Assembly: GCA_963664325.2 (NCBI GenBank)
Contig: CAXXDQ010000002.1
Span: 224,001-288,000 of the forward strand
Source of the DNA: Desulfomonilia bacterium
Lineage (GTDB): Bacteria; Desulfobacterota; Desulfomonilia; UBA1062
DNA length: 64,000 nt
Reading direction: 5' to 3'
The notes beneath the pieces are model-generated. The model saw only the letters and a list, made by a program, of their open reading frames with translations, had not been told where the DNA came from and ran no database searches. Position numbers and translations under genes: made by a program. The first letter of the stretch is position 1; the number at the start of each line of letters is the position of its first letter. Positions 32,117 to 41,783 of the stretch are shown piece by piece.

Positions 32117-32204
32117 AACAGCTGACTGGCTGACAGGCTAATGAGCGGATGAGCAGAAACCGGGCCGGTTTTTGCCGAAAAGCTCAACAGCCTTTCAGCC
32201 TGGT
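32117..32204. repeat. Degenerate 8-mer tandem array with inverted counterpart
   Basis: AACAGCTG ACTGGCTG ACAGGCTA ATGAGCGG ATGAGCAG ... AGCTCAAC AGCCTTTC AGCCTGGT. Confidence 0.65.
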
Positions 32205-32239
32205 TCTCGAGCTTTCTTGCGAATTTACAGGAGGTCTTT

Positions 32240-34045
32240 ATGAAGGAGAATCTTGGGCAGATTTTCAGAAGACAGGCTAAAAAATTCGGCAGCAGGCTTG
32301 CCGCTGAAAAAAGAATGGATGGAGTCTGGCACGGCATTACCTGGGATGAGTACTATATGTCGGCAAAGGAAGCAGGTCTGGGCTTATACAGTCTTGGGGT
32401 CAGGAAGGGCGACCGTGTATCCCTTTTATGCACCAACAGGCTTGAATGGATCATATCCGATATGGGAATAATAGGCATCGGGGCGGTCACGATACCTATT
32501 TATCCGACAGTGCCTTCATCGGAAGTGGGATACATTAACAACAACTCCGATGCCAAGGTGTTCATCGCCGAAAACAGGGACGCCCTCAACAAAGGTCTCG
32601 AAACAATAGGACTGTGTCCGGAGCTTTTAAAGATAGTTGTTATCGACCCGCGCGGAGTTGACATGGCCGATGAAAGGCTTATGACTTTTGATGAACTCAG
32701 AAAGCTGGGCGCCGGAGTCGATAAAAAAGAACCGGGCCTTTTCGAAAAGCTTACCGATGCGGTCAGGATAGAAGACCTTGCGACGTTCGTCTATACGTCC
32801 GGTACAACAGGGCATCCGAAGGGAGCCATGATAACTCACAAGAATATCCTGGCGGTGTTCGACGGCCTTGACAGGATTGTCCCAGCGGACGAGACCGATG
32901 AAACGGTTCCATTCCTGCCTCTATGCCATGTGTTCGAACGCATAGCGGGCCATTTCTACGGTATGAGGGTCGGCGTTACAGCGCATTATGCGCAGGACTT
33001 CAATACGATCGTCGAGGACATACAGGCCAAGAGGCCTACAATAGTGCTCGCCGTGCCCCGCGTGTGCGAAAAGGTCTATGCAAAAATACAGGCCCAGGTC
33101 AAGCAGCAGCCGCCGATCATGCAAAAGGTTTTCAAATGGGCGACTGCGGTTGGCGCCCGGGTGAGCAAACTGAAAGAGAAGAAGCAGCCGATCCCTCCTC
33201 TTCTGAATATCCAGTACAAAATCGCCTACAATCTTGTTTACAAAAAGATAGCGATGGCGCTTGGCGGCCGTGTCCGCTGGATGACTGCTGCAGGGGCTCC
33301 TCTTTCGCGAGAGATTGCGGATTTCTTCAATGCGGCTGGTGTATTTGTCATTGAAGGCTACGGCATGACCGAAAGCACTGCGCCTGCAACTCTCAACACT
33401 ATCACCGACTATAAGCTCGGAACAACCGGCAAGCCTCTCCCGTGCAATGAGATCAGGATCGCTGATGACGGTGAAATCCTCATCAAGGGCGATAATGTCA
33501 TCCAGGGCTACTGGAAAATGCCTGAACAGACAAAAGAAGCCTTTACGGATGACGGCTGGCTGAAAAGCGGTGATATAGGCCATCTTGATGCAGACGGTTT
33601 CCTGGTAATAACCGACAGAAAGAAAGACCTTATCATAACCGCAGGCGGGAAAAACATTGCGCCTCAGAACATCGAGAACATGTTCAAGCAGGATCCTTTG
33701 TTCGAACAGGTGGTTGTAATAGGCGACAACCGGAAATACCTTGTTTCGCTATTCAACCTCAACCAGGATGAGAGTGCTCGAATAGCAAAAGAGTCCGGCA
33801 TCAGTTTCAGCAATCCCGAAGAACTTTTTGATAAGAAGGAGTTTTTAAGCCTTGTTGACAAGCATGTTCAGGAACTCAACACAAATCTCGCAAGAGTTGA
33901 GACTATAAAATACTACAAGGTGCTTAAAAATACATTCTCGGAGACGACAGGTGAACTGACACCGTCGCTTAAGGTAAAACGCAAGGTCGTTATGAATAAA
34001 TACAAGGACATTATAGAAAGCATGTATCCGGTTGACGGAGAATAA
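32240..34045 (+). CDS. Long-chain acyl-CoA ligase (AMP-forming, FadD15/FAA-like)
   Basis: 'YTSGTTGHPKG', 'FLPLCHVFER', 'EGYGMTE', 'SGDIG', 'DRKKDLIITAGGKNIAP', 'ELTPSLKVKR'. Confidence 0.93.
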   Translation: MKENLGQIFRRQAKKFGSRLAAEKRMDGVWHGITWDEYYMSAKEAGLGLYSLGVRKGDRVSLLCTNRLEWIISDMGIIGIGAVTIPIYPTVPSSEVGYINNNSDAKVFIAENRDALNKGLETIGLCPELLKIVVIDPRGVDMADERLMTFDELRKLGAGVDKKEPGLFEKLTDAVRIEDLATFVYTSGTTGHPKGAMITHKNILAVFDGLDRIVPADETDETVPFLPLCHVFERIAGHFYGMRVGVTAHYAQDFNTIVEDIQAKRPTIVLAVPRVCEKVYAKIQAQVKQQPPIMQKVFKWATAVGARVSKLKEKKQPIPPLLNIQYKIAYNLVYKKIAMALGGRVRWMTAAGAPLSREIADFFNAAGVFVIEGYGMTESTAPATLNTITDYKLGTTGKPLPCNEIRIADDGEILIKGDNVIQGYWKMPEQTKEAFTDDGWLKSGDIGHLDADGFLVITDRKKDLIITAGGKNIAPQNIENMFKQDPLFEQVVVIGDNRKYLVSLFNLNQDESARIAKESGISFSNPEELFDKKEFLSLVDKHVQELNTNLARVETIKYYKVLKNTFSETTGELTPSLKVKRKVVMNKYKDIIESMYPVDGE

Positions 34046-34056
34046 GAAAGAAAGAA

Positions 34057-34137
34057 AGTTATGAGTAGTCAGTGGTGAGTGGTGAGTTAAAAATAAGATT
34101 CCTCTCACCACTTACCACTCATAACTCACCACTACTA
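34057..34137. repeat. Degenerate 7-mer (AGTGGTG) array with inverted (CTCACCA) array
   Basis: AGTTATG AGTAGTC AGTGGTG AGTGGTG AGTTAAA ... CTCACCA CTTACCA CTCATAA CTCACCA. Confidence 0.8.
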
Positions 34138-34151
34138 TTTAGGAGGTTAAA

Positions 34152-35150
34152 GTGGACATTATAGAACAGGGAATTGGGGAACTTTTCACGGATCCCGATC
34201 CGGACAAGGCAAGGCTTCACTTCCGCCACAAATCGCGGAAGCTGGAAAACAAGCTGATGCCCTTGAAGGAGGCAATTGAGAAATATGTGAAGGACGGCGA
34301 GTATCTTGCCATTGGCGGTTTCGGTGCAAACAGGGCTCCGATTGCGGCATGCCACGAAATCGTCCGCCAGGGAAAGAAAAACATGGGTTTCGCGGGCCAC
34401 ACATCCACCCATGATTTTCAGATACTGGCTGCAGGTGAGGTTTTTAACAGATGCGATGTCGCCTACATAATAGGGCTTGAAGCCAGGGGCCTGTCGACTG
34501 TTGCACGAAAGTATATGCAGAGCGGGAAGGTTCAGGTCACCGAATGGTCTAATTACAGTCTGGCGGCAAGGCTCAAGGCGGCAGCGATGGGTGTGCCGTT
34601 TGTGCCCACGAGGAACCTTATGGGTACCGACACATTCAAATACAGCGCAACAAAGGTCGTCGAATGTCCCTTTACGGGAAAGAAGGTTGTCCTCCAGCCT
34701 GCCCTTTATCCAGACATATCTATCATTCATGTGCACGAGGCCGATATATACGGCAACTGCCGCATAAAAGGCATCATGATTGCCGATGACGACCTGGCCA
34801 GGGCAAGCAAAAAACTTATCATCACATGCGAAAAGCTGATACCCAATGAAGAAATCCGTCGTGATCCAACCTCGACAAGGATACCGTACTGGCTTGTGGA
34901 TGCCGTTTGCGAAGTGCCGTTCGGCGCATACCCGGGCAACATGGCCTATGAATATTTCTCTGACGAACCTCATCTGAAGGAATGGCTTCAGACCGAAGAA
35001 GACCCGGAGAGGTTCAAGGAGTTTTTAAAGAAATATATCTACAACTGCAAGGACCATTACGATTACATCGAGCTCAACGGGGGCATACACAAGATTATCG
35101 AACTCCGCATGAAAGAACACATGCTCCACAAGGAGGTGGCCAATGGCTGA
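34152..35150 (+). CDS. Family I CoA-transferase subunit A (GctA/CatI-like)
   Basis: GTG after AGGAGG. 'AIGGF...R.P.A.CHEIVRQ', 'EWSN...RL.AAAMG.PF', 'HVHEADIYGN', 'VCEVPFGAYP'. Confidence 0.88.
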   Translation: MDIIEQGIGELFTDPDPDKARLHFRHKSRKLENKLMPLKEAIEKYVKDGEYLAIGGFGANRAPIAACHEIVRQGKKNMGFAGHTSTHDFQILAAGEVFNRCDVAYIIGLEARGLSTVARKYMQSGKVQVTEWSNYSLAARLKAAAMGVPFVPTRNLMGTDTFKYSATKVVECPFTGKKVVLQPALYPDISIIHVHEADIYGNCRIKGIMIADDDLARASKKLIITCEKLIPNEEIRRDPTSTRIPYWLVDAVCEVPFGAYPGNMAYEYFSDEPHLKEWLQTEEDPERFKEFLKKYIYNCKDHYDYIELNGGIHKIIELRMKEHMLHKEVANG

Positions 35151-35913
35151 TTACAATACCATGGAACTGATGATTACGGTTGCCTCCCGCGAGCTTGAAG
35201 ACGGTGCCACGGCAGGTGTCGGTACAGGCGCACCGTGTGCAACCGCCATGCTTGCGCAGAAGACGCACGCCCCGAACCTTGTAATCATGTTCGAGGCGGG
35301 CGGCGTCAGCCCGATTCTGCCCGAGATGCCTATCTCGGTGGGCGACTCTCGCACCTTCAACAAGGCGATCATGGCGACCAGCATGGCAGAGATCATGGAG
35401 ACCTGCTGCCGCGGTTTTGTCGACTATACATTCCTCGGCGGGGCCCAGATCGACATGTTCGGAAATCTCAACTCGACCAAGATAGGAGGTGAACACCAGA
35501 AGCCCAAGGTGAGGCTGCCGGGTTCGGGCGGCGCAAATGATTTCGGATCGTTCTGCTGGAAGATGATGGTCATGACAGTACAGGATGCGAGGCGCTTTGT
35601 TGAAAAGACCGATTTCATAACAACACCGGGATGGATCAAAGGCGGGAACTCGCGTTATGAGGCCGGCTTGCCTCTCGGCACCGGACCATACAAAATAATA
35701 ACGAACATGGCGGTTATGGACTTTGAACCCGAGAGCAAACGCATGAGGGTCATATCCATCAATCCCGGCTATACTTTCAAGGATGTCCAGGAAAACTGCG
35801 GTTTCGAACTTTTGCAGTCATCAAAGATAAAGGAGACCAAGGCTCCAACCCACCATGAACTGTCCATCCTTCGCGAGCAGGTCGATCCGTACCGTTACAT
35901 AATTGGAAGATAA
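35143..35913 (+). CDS. Family I CoA-transferase subunit B (GctB/CatJ-like)
   Basis: 'VGTGAP', 'MFEAG' (Glu at the catalytic position), 'FLGGAQIDMFGNLN', 'RLPGSGGAND', 'DFITTPG'. Confidence 0.88.
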   Translation: MADYNTMELMITVASRELEDGATAGVGTGAPCATAMLAQKTHAPNLVIMFEAGGVSPILPEMPISVGDSRTFNKAIMATSMAEIMETCCRGFVDYTFLGGAQIDMFGNLNSTKIGGEHQKPKVRLPGSGGANDFGSFCWKMMVMTVQDARRFVEKTDFITTPGWIKGGNSRYEAGLPLGTGPYKIITNMAVMDFEPESKRMRVISINPGYTFKDVQENCGFELLQSSKIKETKAPTHHELSILREQVDPYRYIIGR

Positions 35914-36056
35914 ACAGGAAGTCAGGAGACAGGAGTAAGGAGACAGGAGAGATGAAGGAACCATTAACCTCGAACTTTTCCTTTACCCTTTTTAACAAAG
36001 AATGTTGGAGATCAATTCAGGTTTGATGGGGTTTCTATACTGTCTACTGACTACTT
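35914..36056. repeat. Degenerate 7-mer (ACAGGAG) array with a distal inverted (TCTACTG) array
   Basis: ACAGGAAG TCAGGAG ACAGGAG TAAGGAG ACAGGAG ... TATACTG TCTACTG ACTACTT. Confidence 0.7.
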
Positions 36057-36075
36057 GATTTTTAAGGAGGATAAC

Positions 36076-37218
36076 ATGTCAGGCAAAGTAGGGATCGTGG
36101 ATGTTGCCATGACAGCAGGCGCACCAAGCCCTGATAACTTTCTAGACCAGGTATTCAGGGTCTGCAGGGAAGTTCTCGACAAGGCAGGGTTGAGCCGTGA
36201 CGAGCTTGGTACTGTCATAAGCTGTTCATCGGACGTTTTCCATTCGGGTATGAGCTGCGCAAACGCCTATTACTGGGATGCGGGAGCCGCCTTGCTCAAA
36301 AACGGCAGCCGCCAGGACGGGGAGAGCCTGTTTGCACTGGCTTATGCCGCAATGCGCATAATGAGCGGCAATTATGAAACAGCGTTGCTTCTGGCTGTAT
36401 GCAAGGGTTCTGAAAATCCGGAAAATGATGTGATCACACATTTTTACACGGACCCTTTCTACCTGAGACAGCTGGGTCTGAATGAAACGATAGCCGCTGC
36501 GCTTCAGAAGCGCGAATATATGGAGCGGGCCGGGATTACACAGGAACAATGCGCTAAAGTGGTTGTCAAGAACCTGGGCAACGCCCTGGGCAATCCATAT
36601 GCTCATGTGAAAAAAAGAATAGGCGTTGACGACGTGCTCGCATCCGATATGGTCATGGACCCGATTCATGCACTCGAAGTAGGTCCCAAGTCCGAAGGCA
36701 TGATTGCGATCCTCCTGGCCAATGAGAAGAAGGCGAAAAAGCTTGCCGCCAGACCTGTGTGGCTCAAGGGCTATGGTTCGTCCCTGGACAGCTTTTACCC
36801 TGGCGACAGGGACCTGTTGAAAGGCCAGCTGCCCAATGCCGCAAAGCGGGCCTATGATATGGCCGGCATCAGAAACCCAAGAAAGGAGATAGACTGCTTC
36901 GAAATAACCGAGCCCTATGCCTTCCAGGAGCTTCTCTGGTGTGAAGACCTTGGCCTGTGCGGCAAAGGTGAAGGCGGAAAGCTGATAGACAGGGGTGCCA
37001 CTTCGATGAAAGGCGGAATGCCCGTCAATCCATCGGGTGGGGCTCTGGCCATGAATCCCTATGTTTCGCGCGGGCTGTACCGGCTGGCCGAATGCGTCCT
37101 GCAGATCAGAGGGCAGGCGGGCGAACACCAGCTGGGCCGCGAGGTCAAAACAGCGCTGGCTCACGGCACGCACGGATTTGCCGGACAGTGCCATGCTGTT
37201 GCAGTAGTGGGCATATAG
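36076..37218 (+). CDS. Thiolase-fold protein, Ltp4-like (module 2)
   Basis: ATG after AAGGAGG. 'DPFY...LG....AAALQ', 'VNPSGGALAMNP...G.YR', 'AHGTHGFAGQ'. No CxSG motif. Confidence 0.8.
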   Translation: MSGKVGIVDVAMTAGAPSPDNFLDQVFRVCREVLDKAGLSRDELGTVISCSSDVFHSGMSCANAYYWDAGAALLKNGSRQDGESLFALAYAAMRIMSGNYETALLLAVCKGSENPENDVITHFYTDPFYLRQLGLNETIAAALQKREYMERAGITQEQCAKVVVKNLGNALGNPYAHVKKRIGVDDVLASDMVMDPIHALEVGPKSEGMIAILLANEKKAKKLAARPVWLKGYGSSLDSFYPGDRDLLKGQLPNAAKRAYDMAGIRNPRKEIDCFEITEPYAFQELLWCEDLGLCGKGEGGKLIDRGATSMKGGMPVNPSGGALAMNPYVSRGLYRLAECVLQIRGQAGEHQLGREVKTALAHGTHGFAGQCHAVAVVGI

Positions 37219-37227
37219 GAGGCGGCT

Positions 37228-38394
37228 ATGGGAAGACCAGTTGCAATTATCGGATCCGGACAGACAAACCATGGCAAGCGCTTCGACGTGAACTATCCCG
37301 AACTTGTCAACGAAGCGGTCGAGGCCCTGATGGCAAATACGGGCATAAACCTGAAAGACATCGACGGCGTTGTCTTCGGCACCATGCCCTCCATGATGGA
37401 AGGGGTGGCGCTGACTCATTTTTATTTTGCCGATGTGCTCCGTGCAGTCGGCAAGCCGATTTTGAAGACAGAGACATGCGGCTCAACCGGCATATCGATA
37501 GCCATCACAGGCTATTACTGGATAACGTCCGGCATGGCCGACCTGGTGCTGGTCATAGGTTCTGAGAAAATGAACGAAGGCGATTCTCAGGCCACCATGA
37601 CCACCATACTTGACCCGTTTTATCAGAAGTACTTCATCTCGGGCGCGCCGGGCATTTTCTCCATGCAGTCGCAGGAATGGTCGAAACGTTTCGGAATACC
37701 CGAAGAGAAAGTCAGGGCCGCTGCGACGCGCATATCGATCGACCATCACAACGACGCGTTCGACAACCCGCATGCGCATATCAAGCAGCACCTTACAGAA
37801 GAGCAGGTGAACAATGCGCGCATCATAACATATCCCGTCAGGCTGTGGGATGTATGCCCCACCTCTGACGGGGCCTGCGCGATGCTTATGGCATCGGAGA
37901 AAATGGTGCGCAAGCTGGGGAAAAAAGCCGCGTGGGTGAAAGGCGTGGGCTACAGCGGCGAAGAGTACTGGTTCGGCGATTCGGACAAGGTCATATGGCA
38001 GTCGGCCATTCAGGCTGCAAAACAGGCCTATGACATGGCAGGCATCAAAAACCCGCGCAAGGAGCTCGATGTTGCGGAGGTATATAACCCGTTCACCTTC
38101 CAGGAGATGCTTTACTACGAGTGCTTCGGCTTCTGCGATTTCGGCACCGCCTGCGACCACACCCTCAAGGGCGTATTTTCCAGAGAGGGCGAACTGCCCT
38201 GCGACCCGTCCGGCGGTACGCTCTGCACTAACCCGATCGGCGCGACAGGCCTTAACCGTGTTGCCGAGGCAGCACTGCAGGTGACCAACCAGGCGGGAGC
38301 GCATCAGATACCCAAGGCTAAAACAGCGCTGGCCCATGCAATGGGCGGCGTCGATCAGTACAACGGCGTCATGATCTTAAGCTCGGTGAAATAG
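37228..38394 (+). CDS. Thiolase-fold protein, Ltp3-like (module 2)
   Basis: 'IGSGQT', 'GKP..KTETCGSTG', 'CPTSDGAC', 'AEVYNPF', 'PSGG.L.TNPIGATG', 'AHAMGG'. Confidence 0.82.
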   Translation: MGRPVAIIGSGQTNHGKRFDVNYPELVNEAVEALMANTGINLKDIDGVVFGTMPSMMEGVALTHFYFADVLRAVGKPILKTETCGSTGISIAITGYYWITSGMADLVLVIGSEKMNEGDSQATMTTILDPFYQKYFISGAPGIFSMQSQEWSKRFGIPEEKVRAAATRISIDHHNDAFDNPHAHIKQHLTEEQVNNARIITYPVRLWDVCPTSDGACAMLMASEKMVRKLGKKAAWVKGVGYSGEEYWFGDSDKVIWQSAIQAAKQAYDMAGIKNPRKELDVAEVYNPFTFQEMLYYECFGFCDFGTACDHTLKGVFSREGELPCDPSGGTLCTNPIGATGLNRVAEAALQVTNQAGAHQIPKAKTALAHAMGGVDQYNGVMILSSVK

Positions 38395-38405
38395 GGGGAG
38401 ATGCC

Positions 38406-38858
38406 ATGAAAGAATTCAAGACGATTACAAATACGATCAAGCTGCCCCACAAATACGGGGCAGGTCCTGTCATAACGAGGTTCTATGACGGGTTGAGGCA
38501 GGGCAAGATCCTGGCCAACGTATGCCCGAAATGCAAACGCGCTTATGTCCCGGCCCGTTCGATATGTCCCGAATGTCTTGTTAAAATGGACAAATGGGTC
38601 GAGCTCTCAGGAACGGGCGAGGTCGTTTCCTGGGCCTATACCGATAAAGCTTTTTTCGGCTCACCGTGCGAACCGCCTTTTGTGACCGCACTTATAAGGC
38701 TTGCGGGAACCGACTGCAATTTCCTGCATCTTATCGGCGGCGCGGATTTGAAGACGCTGGCTAAAAAGCTCAGGAAAGGCCTCAAGGTCAAGGCCGTTTT
38801 CAGTGATGAGAAAAAGGGCCATATGCTCGACATCAAATACTTCGAGCCGGTGCGTTAG
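38406..38858 (+). CDS. DUF35 Zn-ribbon/OB-fold protein (module 2, first)
   Basis: 'CPKCKRAYVPARSICPEC', 'PPFVTALIRL.G', 'GLKVKAVF'. Confidence 0.88.
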   Translation: MKEFKTITNTIKLPHKYGAGPVITRFYDGLRQGKILANVCPKCKRAYVPARSICPECLVKMDKWVELSGTGEVVSWAYTDKAFFGSPCEPPFVTALIRLAGTDCNFLHLIGGADLKTLAKKLRKGLKVKAVFSDEKKGHMLDIKYFEPVR

Positions 38859-38865
38859 GGGGTGC

Positions 38866-39348
38866 ATGATGGCGGATCAGATAAATAAAGAATGTGATGT
38901 TATAACCGACGAAATAAAGGTGGACTATGAGATTGCCTATGGCCCGACATGGCTGAAATTTCTGGACGGGATGAAGGAAGAGAAAATCATCGGCAGCAGA
39001 TGTCCCAAATGCAGCAGAATACTTGTTCCTGCGCGCTCCTACTGCCCCCGCTGCTATGATGAAGTGCACAGCTTTGTCGAGGTTTCCCAGGTCGGCTCGA
39101 TCGTTTCATGGGCCCTGACCGAATACGAATATTTCGGCATGCCGACCAAACCGCCTTTCATAGGCGCCCTGATCAGGCTCGACGGAACCGACTCCAATTT
39201 CCTGCACCTGATCGGCGGGATAGACCTGTCGGACTCGGAACTGGTGCGCAGGACGGTCAAAAACGGCATGAAGGTCAAGGCGGTCTGGAACGTGGATAAA
39301 AAAGGCCATATCCTGGATATAAAGTACTTCACTCCTGTGAAGGAATAG
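38866..39348 (+). CDS. DUF35 Zn-ribbon/OB-fold protein (module 2, second)
   Basis: ATG at 38866. 'CPKCSRILVPARSYCPRC', 'PPFIGALIRLDG', 'GMKVKAVW'. Clear paralog of the preceding gene. Confidence 0.88.
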   Translation: MMADQINKECDVITDEIKVDYEIAYGPTWLKFLDGMKEEKIIGSRCPKCSRILVPARSYCPRCYDEVHSFVEVSQVGSIVSWALTEYEYFGMPTKPPFIGALIRLDGTDSNFLHLIGGIDLSDSELVRRTVKNGMKVKAVWNVDKKGHILDIKYFTPVKE

Positions 39349-39351
39349 AAA

Positions 39352-39450
39352 AACAGCTGATGGGTTCATGAGCTGATTAGATGATAAGCAGAATCAAATG
39401 CTTCAAGGGTTTGCTTAACAGCTCAACAACTTAATAGCTTAACAGCCAAT
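39352..39450. repeat. Degenerate 8-mer array with inverted counterpart (same family as 32117)
   Basis: AACAGCTG ATGGGTTC ATGAGCTG ATTAGATG ATAAGCAG ... TGCTTAAC AGCTCAAC AACTTAAT AGCTTAAC. Confidence 0.75.
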
Positions 39451-39464
39451 AGGGGAGGAAATAT

Positions 39465-40613
39465 ATGGATTTTACATTGACAGACGAGCAGAGGATGTTT
39501 CGCGAGACGGTCTATCAGTATGCAAAGAAGGAAATTGCACCCCTTTGCGAAGAGGCTGATCTCAAGGGTGATTTCAGCTTCGAGGTGTGGAAGAAGCTCG
39601 GCGACATGGGGCTTCTGGGCCTGCCATTTCCGGAGGAACTCGGCGGTTCGGGAGCGGATATCGTTTCATGCTGTCTCTCGGGCGAGGCGCTAGCGCACGC
39701 AGGGGTCGACGGCGGGCATCTGCTGGCGCTCGGCGCGCATACGTATCTCTGCGCTGCGACGCTTTATCATTTCGGGACTGAAGAGCAGAAAAAGAAATAC
39801 ATACCCAAGCTGGCTACCGGTGAGTGGATCGGGTGCATGGGCCTGACCGAACCGGGTGCCGGATCCGACGCCGCAAGCATGAGGACCACGGCGGTCAAAA
39901 AGGGCGACAAGTATATCCTGAACGGGTCCAAGACCTTCATTACCAATGCGCCGGTTGCACAGGTCATGGTGGTCTATGCCTCGCTTGACAAGGCGAGGAA
40001 ACACGAGGGGATAACGGCGTTTATCGTTGAAAAGGATTACAAGGGATTCTCGACAGGCCAGCCGTTCCACAAGATGGGCTGCAAGTGCTCGACCACCTGC
40101 GAGGTCTTTTTTGAAGACTGCGAGGTCCCGCTGGAAAACTGCCTGGGCGGCGAGTTCAAGGGATGGAACATGGCGCTCAGCTCGGTCGAGTGGGACCGCT
40201 GCACGCTGCTTGCCCCGTTCCTCGGCACAGGTTATTTTGCCCTTGATGCCTGCGCGAAGTATGCGAACGACAGGGTTCAGTTCAAGAAGCCCATAAGGGA
40301 GTTCCAGGCCGTACAGAACAGGATAGCCAATATCAAGATATTCAACGAGGCGGCGAAGCTTGCTATCTACCGTGTCGCTTCGTCGAAGGACAACGGGCAG
40401 ATGCTCAACCCGCTGCTTGCAGCGATAAACAAGATGTATGTGGGCGACCTGGGCTGCGAAATGGCGACCGATGCGGTCATGGTGCACGGGGGATACGGAT
40501 TCATGCATGAATACCCGGTCGAGAGGAATTACCGCGATGCAAGGCTCGGCACAATCGGCGGCGGGACTTCGGACATCATGCGCATGATAGTTTCACGCAT
40601 CATGCTCATGTAG
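39465..40613 (+). CDS. Acyl-CoA dehydrogenase
   Basis: 'GLTEPGAGSD', 'LNGSKTFITNAP', 'R.QF..PI..FQAVQ', 'HGGYGF..EYPVER.YRDA...TIGGGT'. Confidence 0.92.
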   Translation: MDFTLTDEQRMFRETVYQYAKKEIAPLCEEADLKGDFSFEVWKKLGDMGLLGLPFPEELGGSGADIVSCCLSGEALAHAGVDGGHLLALGAHTYLCAATLYHFGTEEQKKKYIPKLATGEWIGCMGLTEPGAGSDAASMRTTAVKKGDKYILNGSKTFITNAPVAQVMVVYASLDKARKHEGITAFIVEKDYKGFSTGQPFHKMGCKCSTTCEVFFEDCEVPLENCLGGEFKGWNMALSSVEWDRCTLLAPFLGTGYFALDACAKYANDRVQFKKPIREFQAVQNRIANIKIFNEAAKLAIYRVASSKDNGQMLNPLLAAINKMYVGDLGCEMATDAVMVHGGYGFMHEYPVERNYRDARLGTIGGGTSDIMRMIVSRIMLM

Positions 40614-40625
40614 GGAGGTAGTAAG

Positions 40626-41780
40626 ATGATAGACTATGAACTCAAAGAACAGGAAGCGCTAATCAAGCTGAAGGCCCTTGATGTTGCGACAAAGGCCGTT
40701 GCGCCTGTTGCCGCAAAGCTCGATTCAGCCGCAAAGGCCGAGGCGGCGGCATTGATGAAGGATAACCTCAAGAAACTCGCACAGGAGGAGCTCCTTGCCC
40801 CCGGCGTGAGCGAAAGCGGGATCGACCTTATAACGCATTTCGTTGTCGGTGAAGAGATAGCAAAGGCCTGCGCTTCCACATGGCTGAGCGCACGCGCGAC
40901 AGGATTCCACTGTGCAGGGGCGATAGCTCTTTTCGGCACGGCTGAGCAGAAAGCGAAATACCTGAATGCCCTTGTCAGGGGCGAAATCACGGGCGCAGCG
41001 GCTTATACCGAAGACGGAGCCGGAAGCGATCTTGGTTCATGCGGGGCGACAGCCGTTAAGGACGGCAGCGTCTGGAAACTGAGCGGTGAAAAGAACCTGG
41101 TCATAAACGCGCCTATTGCCGACATCATCCTGGTTCTTGCCTGGACGGATACGGCTGCTGGCGCGGCGTCCCTTTTTGTTGTTGAAAAAGGCGCCAAAGG
41201 ACTGACAATCGGAGCGGGTGTTGAAACGCTCGGCATATGCGGATGCCCGGTCGCCCCGATAAAACTTGACGGCTGTGCGGCGGCAGGTGTTCTCGGTGGA
41301 GATGCGGGAAAGGGGATCGCCCAGGTCACGAAAATACTTGAAATGGGAAGGATAGGCGTGGTCGCCTTGAGCGTTGGAATCGGTACCGCCTGCATGGAAA
41401 AATCAACAGCCCGTGCCAAATCCCGCAAGGCTTTCGGAAAGCCGATCGGCGCCTATCAGGAAGTGGGCTTCAAACTGGCCGACATGTTCACGTTCAACGA
41501 CCTTGGCCGCGCGTTAGGTCTGCGCGCCGCCTGGGCTTTCAACAACAGGGAAAACGAGGCGGAAATACTCGCTGCGTGCGCCAAGGTGTTTGCAGGAGAG
41601 GCGGTCACAAAGATCGCAAACTGGGCCACCCAGGTTTTTTCAGGCCACGGCTATGTAAAGGGTTCCGAGATCGAAAGGCTCTACCGCGACGCACGCTTCT
41701 GTGAATTCTGTGAAGGCACATCTGAAGTCCTGCGCACGGTCATAGCAAAAAACGAACTGGATAAATTTAAAGGGGTGTAA
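40626..41780 (+). CDS. Acyl-CoA dehydrogenase (second, more divergent; possible heteromeric partner)
   Basis: 'YTEDGAGSD', 'R.AFGKPI..YQ.V.FKLADM', 'ERLYRDARFCEFCEGTSE'. Confidence 0.88.
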   Translation: MIDYELKEQEALIKLKALDVATKAVAPVAAKLDSAAKAEAAALMKDNLKKLAQEELLAPGVSESGIDLITHFVVGEEIAKACASTWLSARATGFHCAGAIALFGTAEQKAKYLNALVRGEITGAAAYTEDGAGSDLGSCGATAVKDGSVWKLSGEKNLVINAPIADIILVLAWTDTAAGAASLFVVEKGAKGLTIGAGVETLGICGCPVAPIKLDGCAAAGVLGGDAGKGIAQVTKILEMGRIGVVALSVGIGTACMEKSTARAKSRKAFGKPIGAYQEVGFKLADMFTFNDLGRALGLRAAWAFNNRENEAEILAACAKVFAGEAVTKIANWATQVFSGHGYVKGSEIERLYRDARFCEFCEGTSEVLRTVIAKNELDKFKGV

Positions 41781-41783
41781 AAG

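Noticed and set aside
34152-35913. Calling the CoA-transferase pair IpdAB (steroid ring-cleaving hydrolase)
   Set aside because: Subunit B keeps the Glu ('FEAG') typical of true family I transferases such as GctB. No other steroid ring-degradation genes are in the window.
36226-40508. Long antisense ORFs (36226-37419, 37483-38337, 39690-40508; also 34119-34973 and 32921-33583)
   Set aside because: They lie opposite well-supported genes, have no recognisable motifs, and are expected shadows of GC-biased codon usage.
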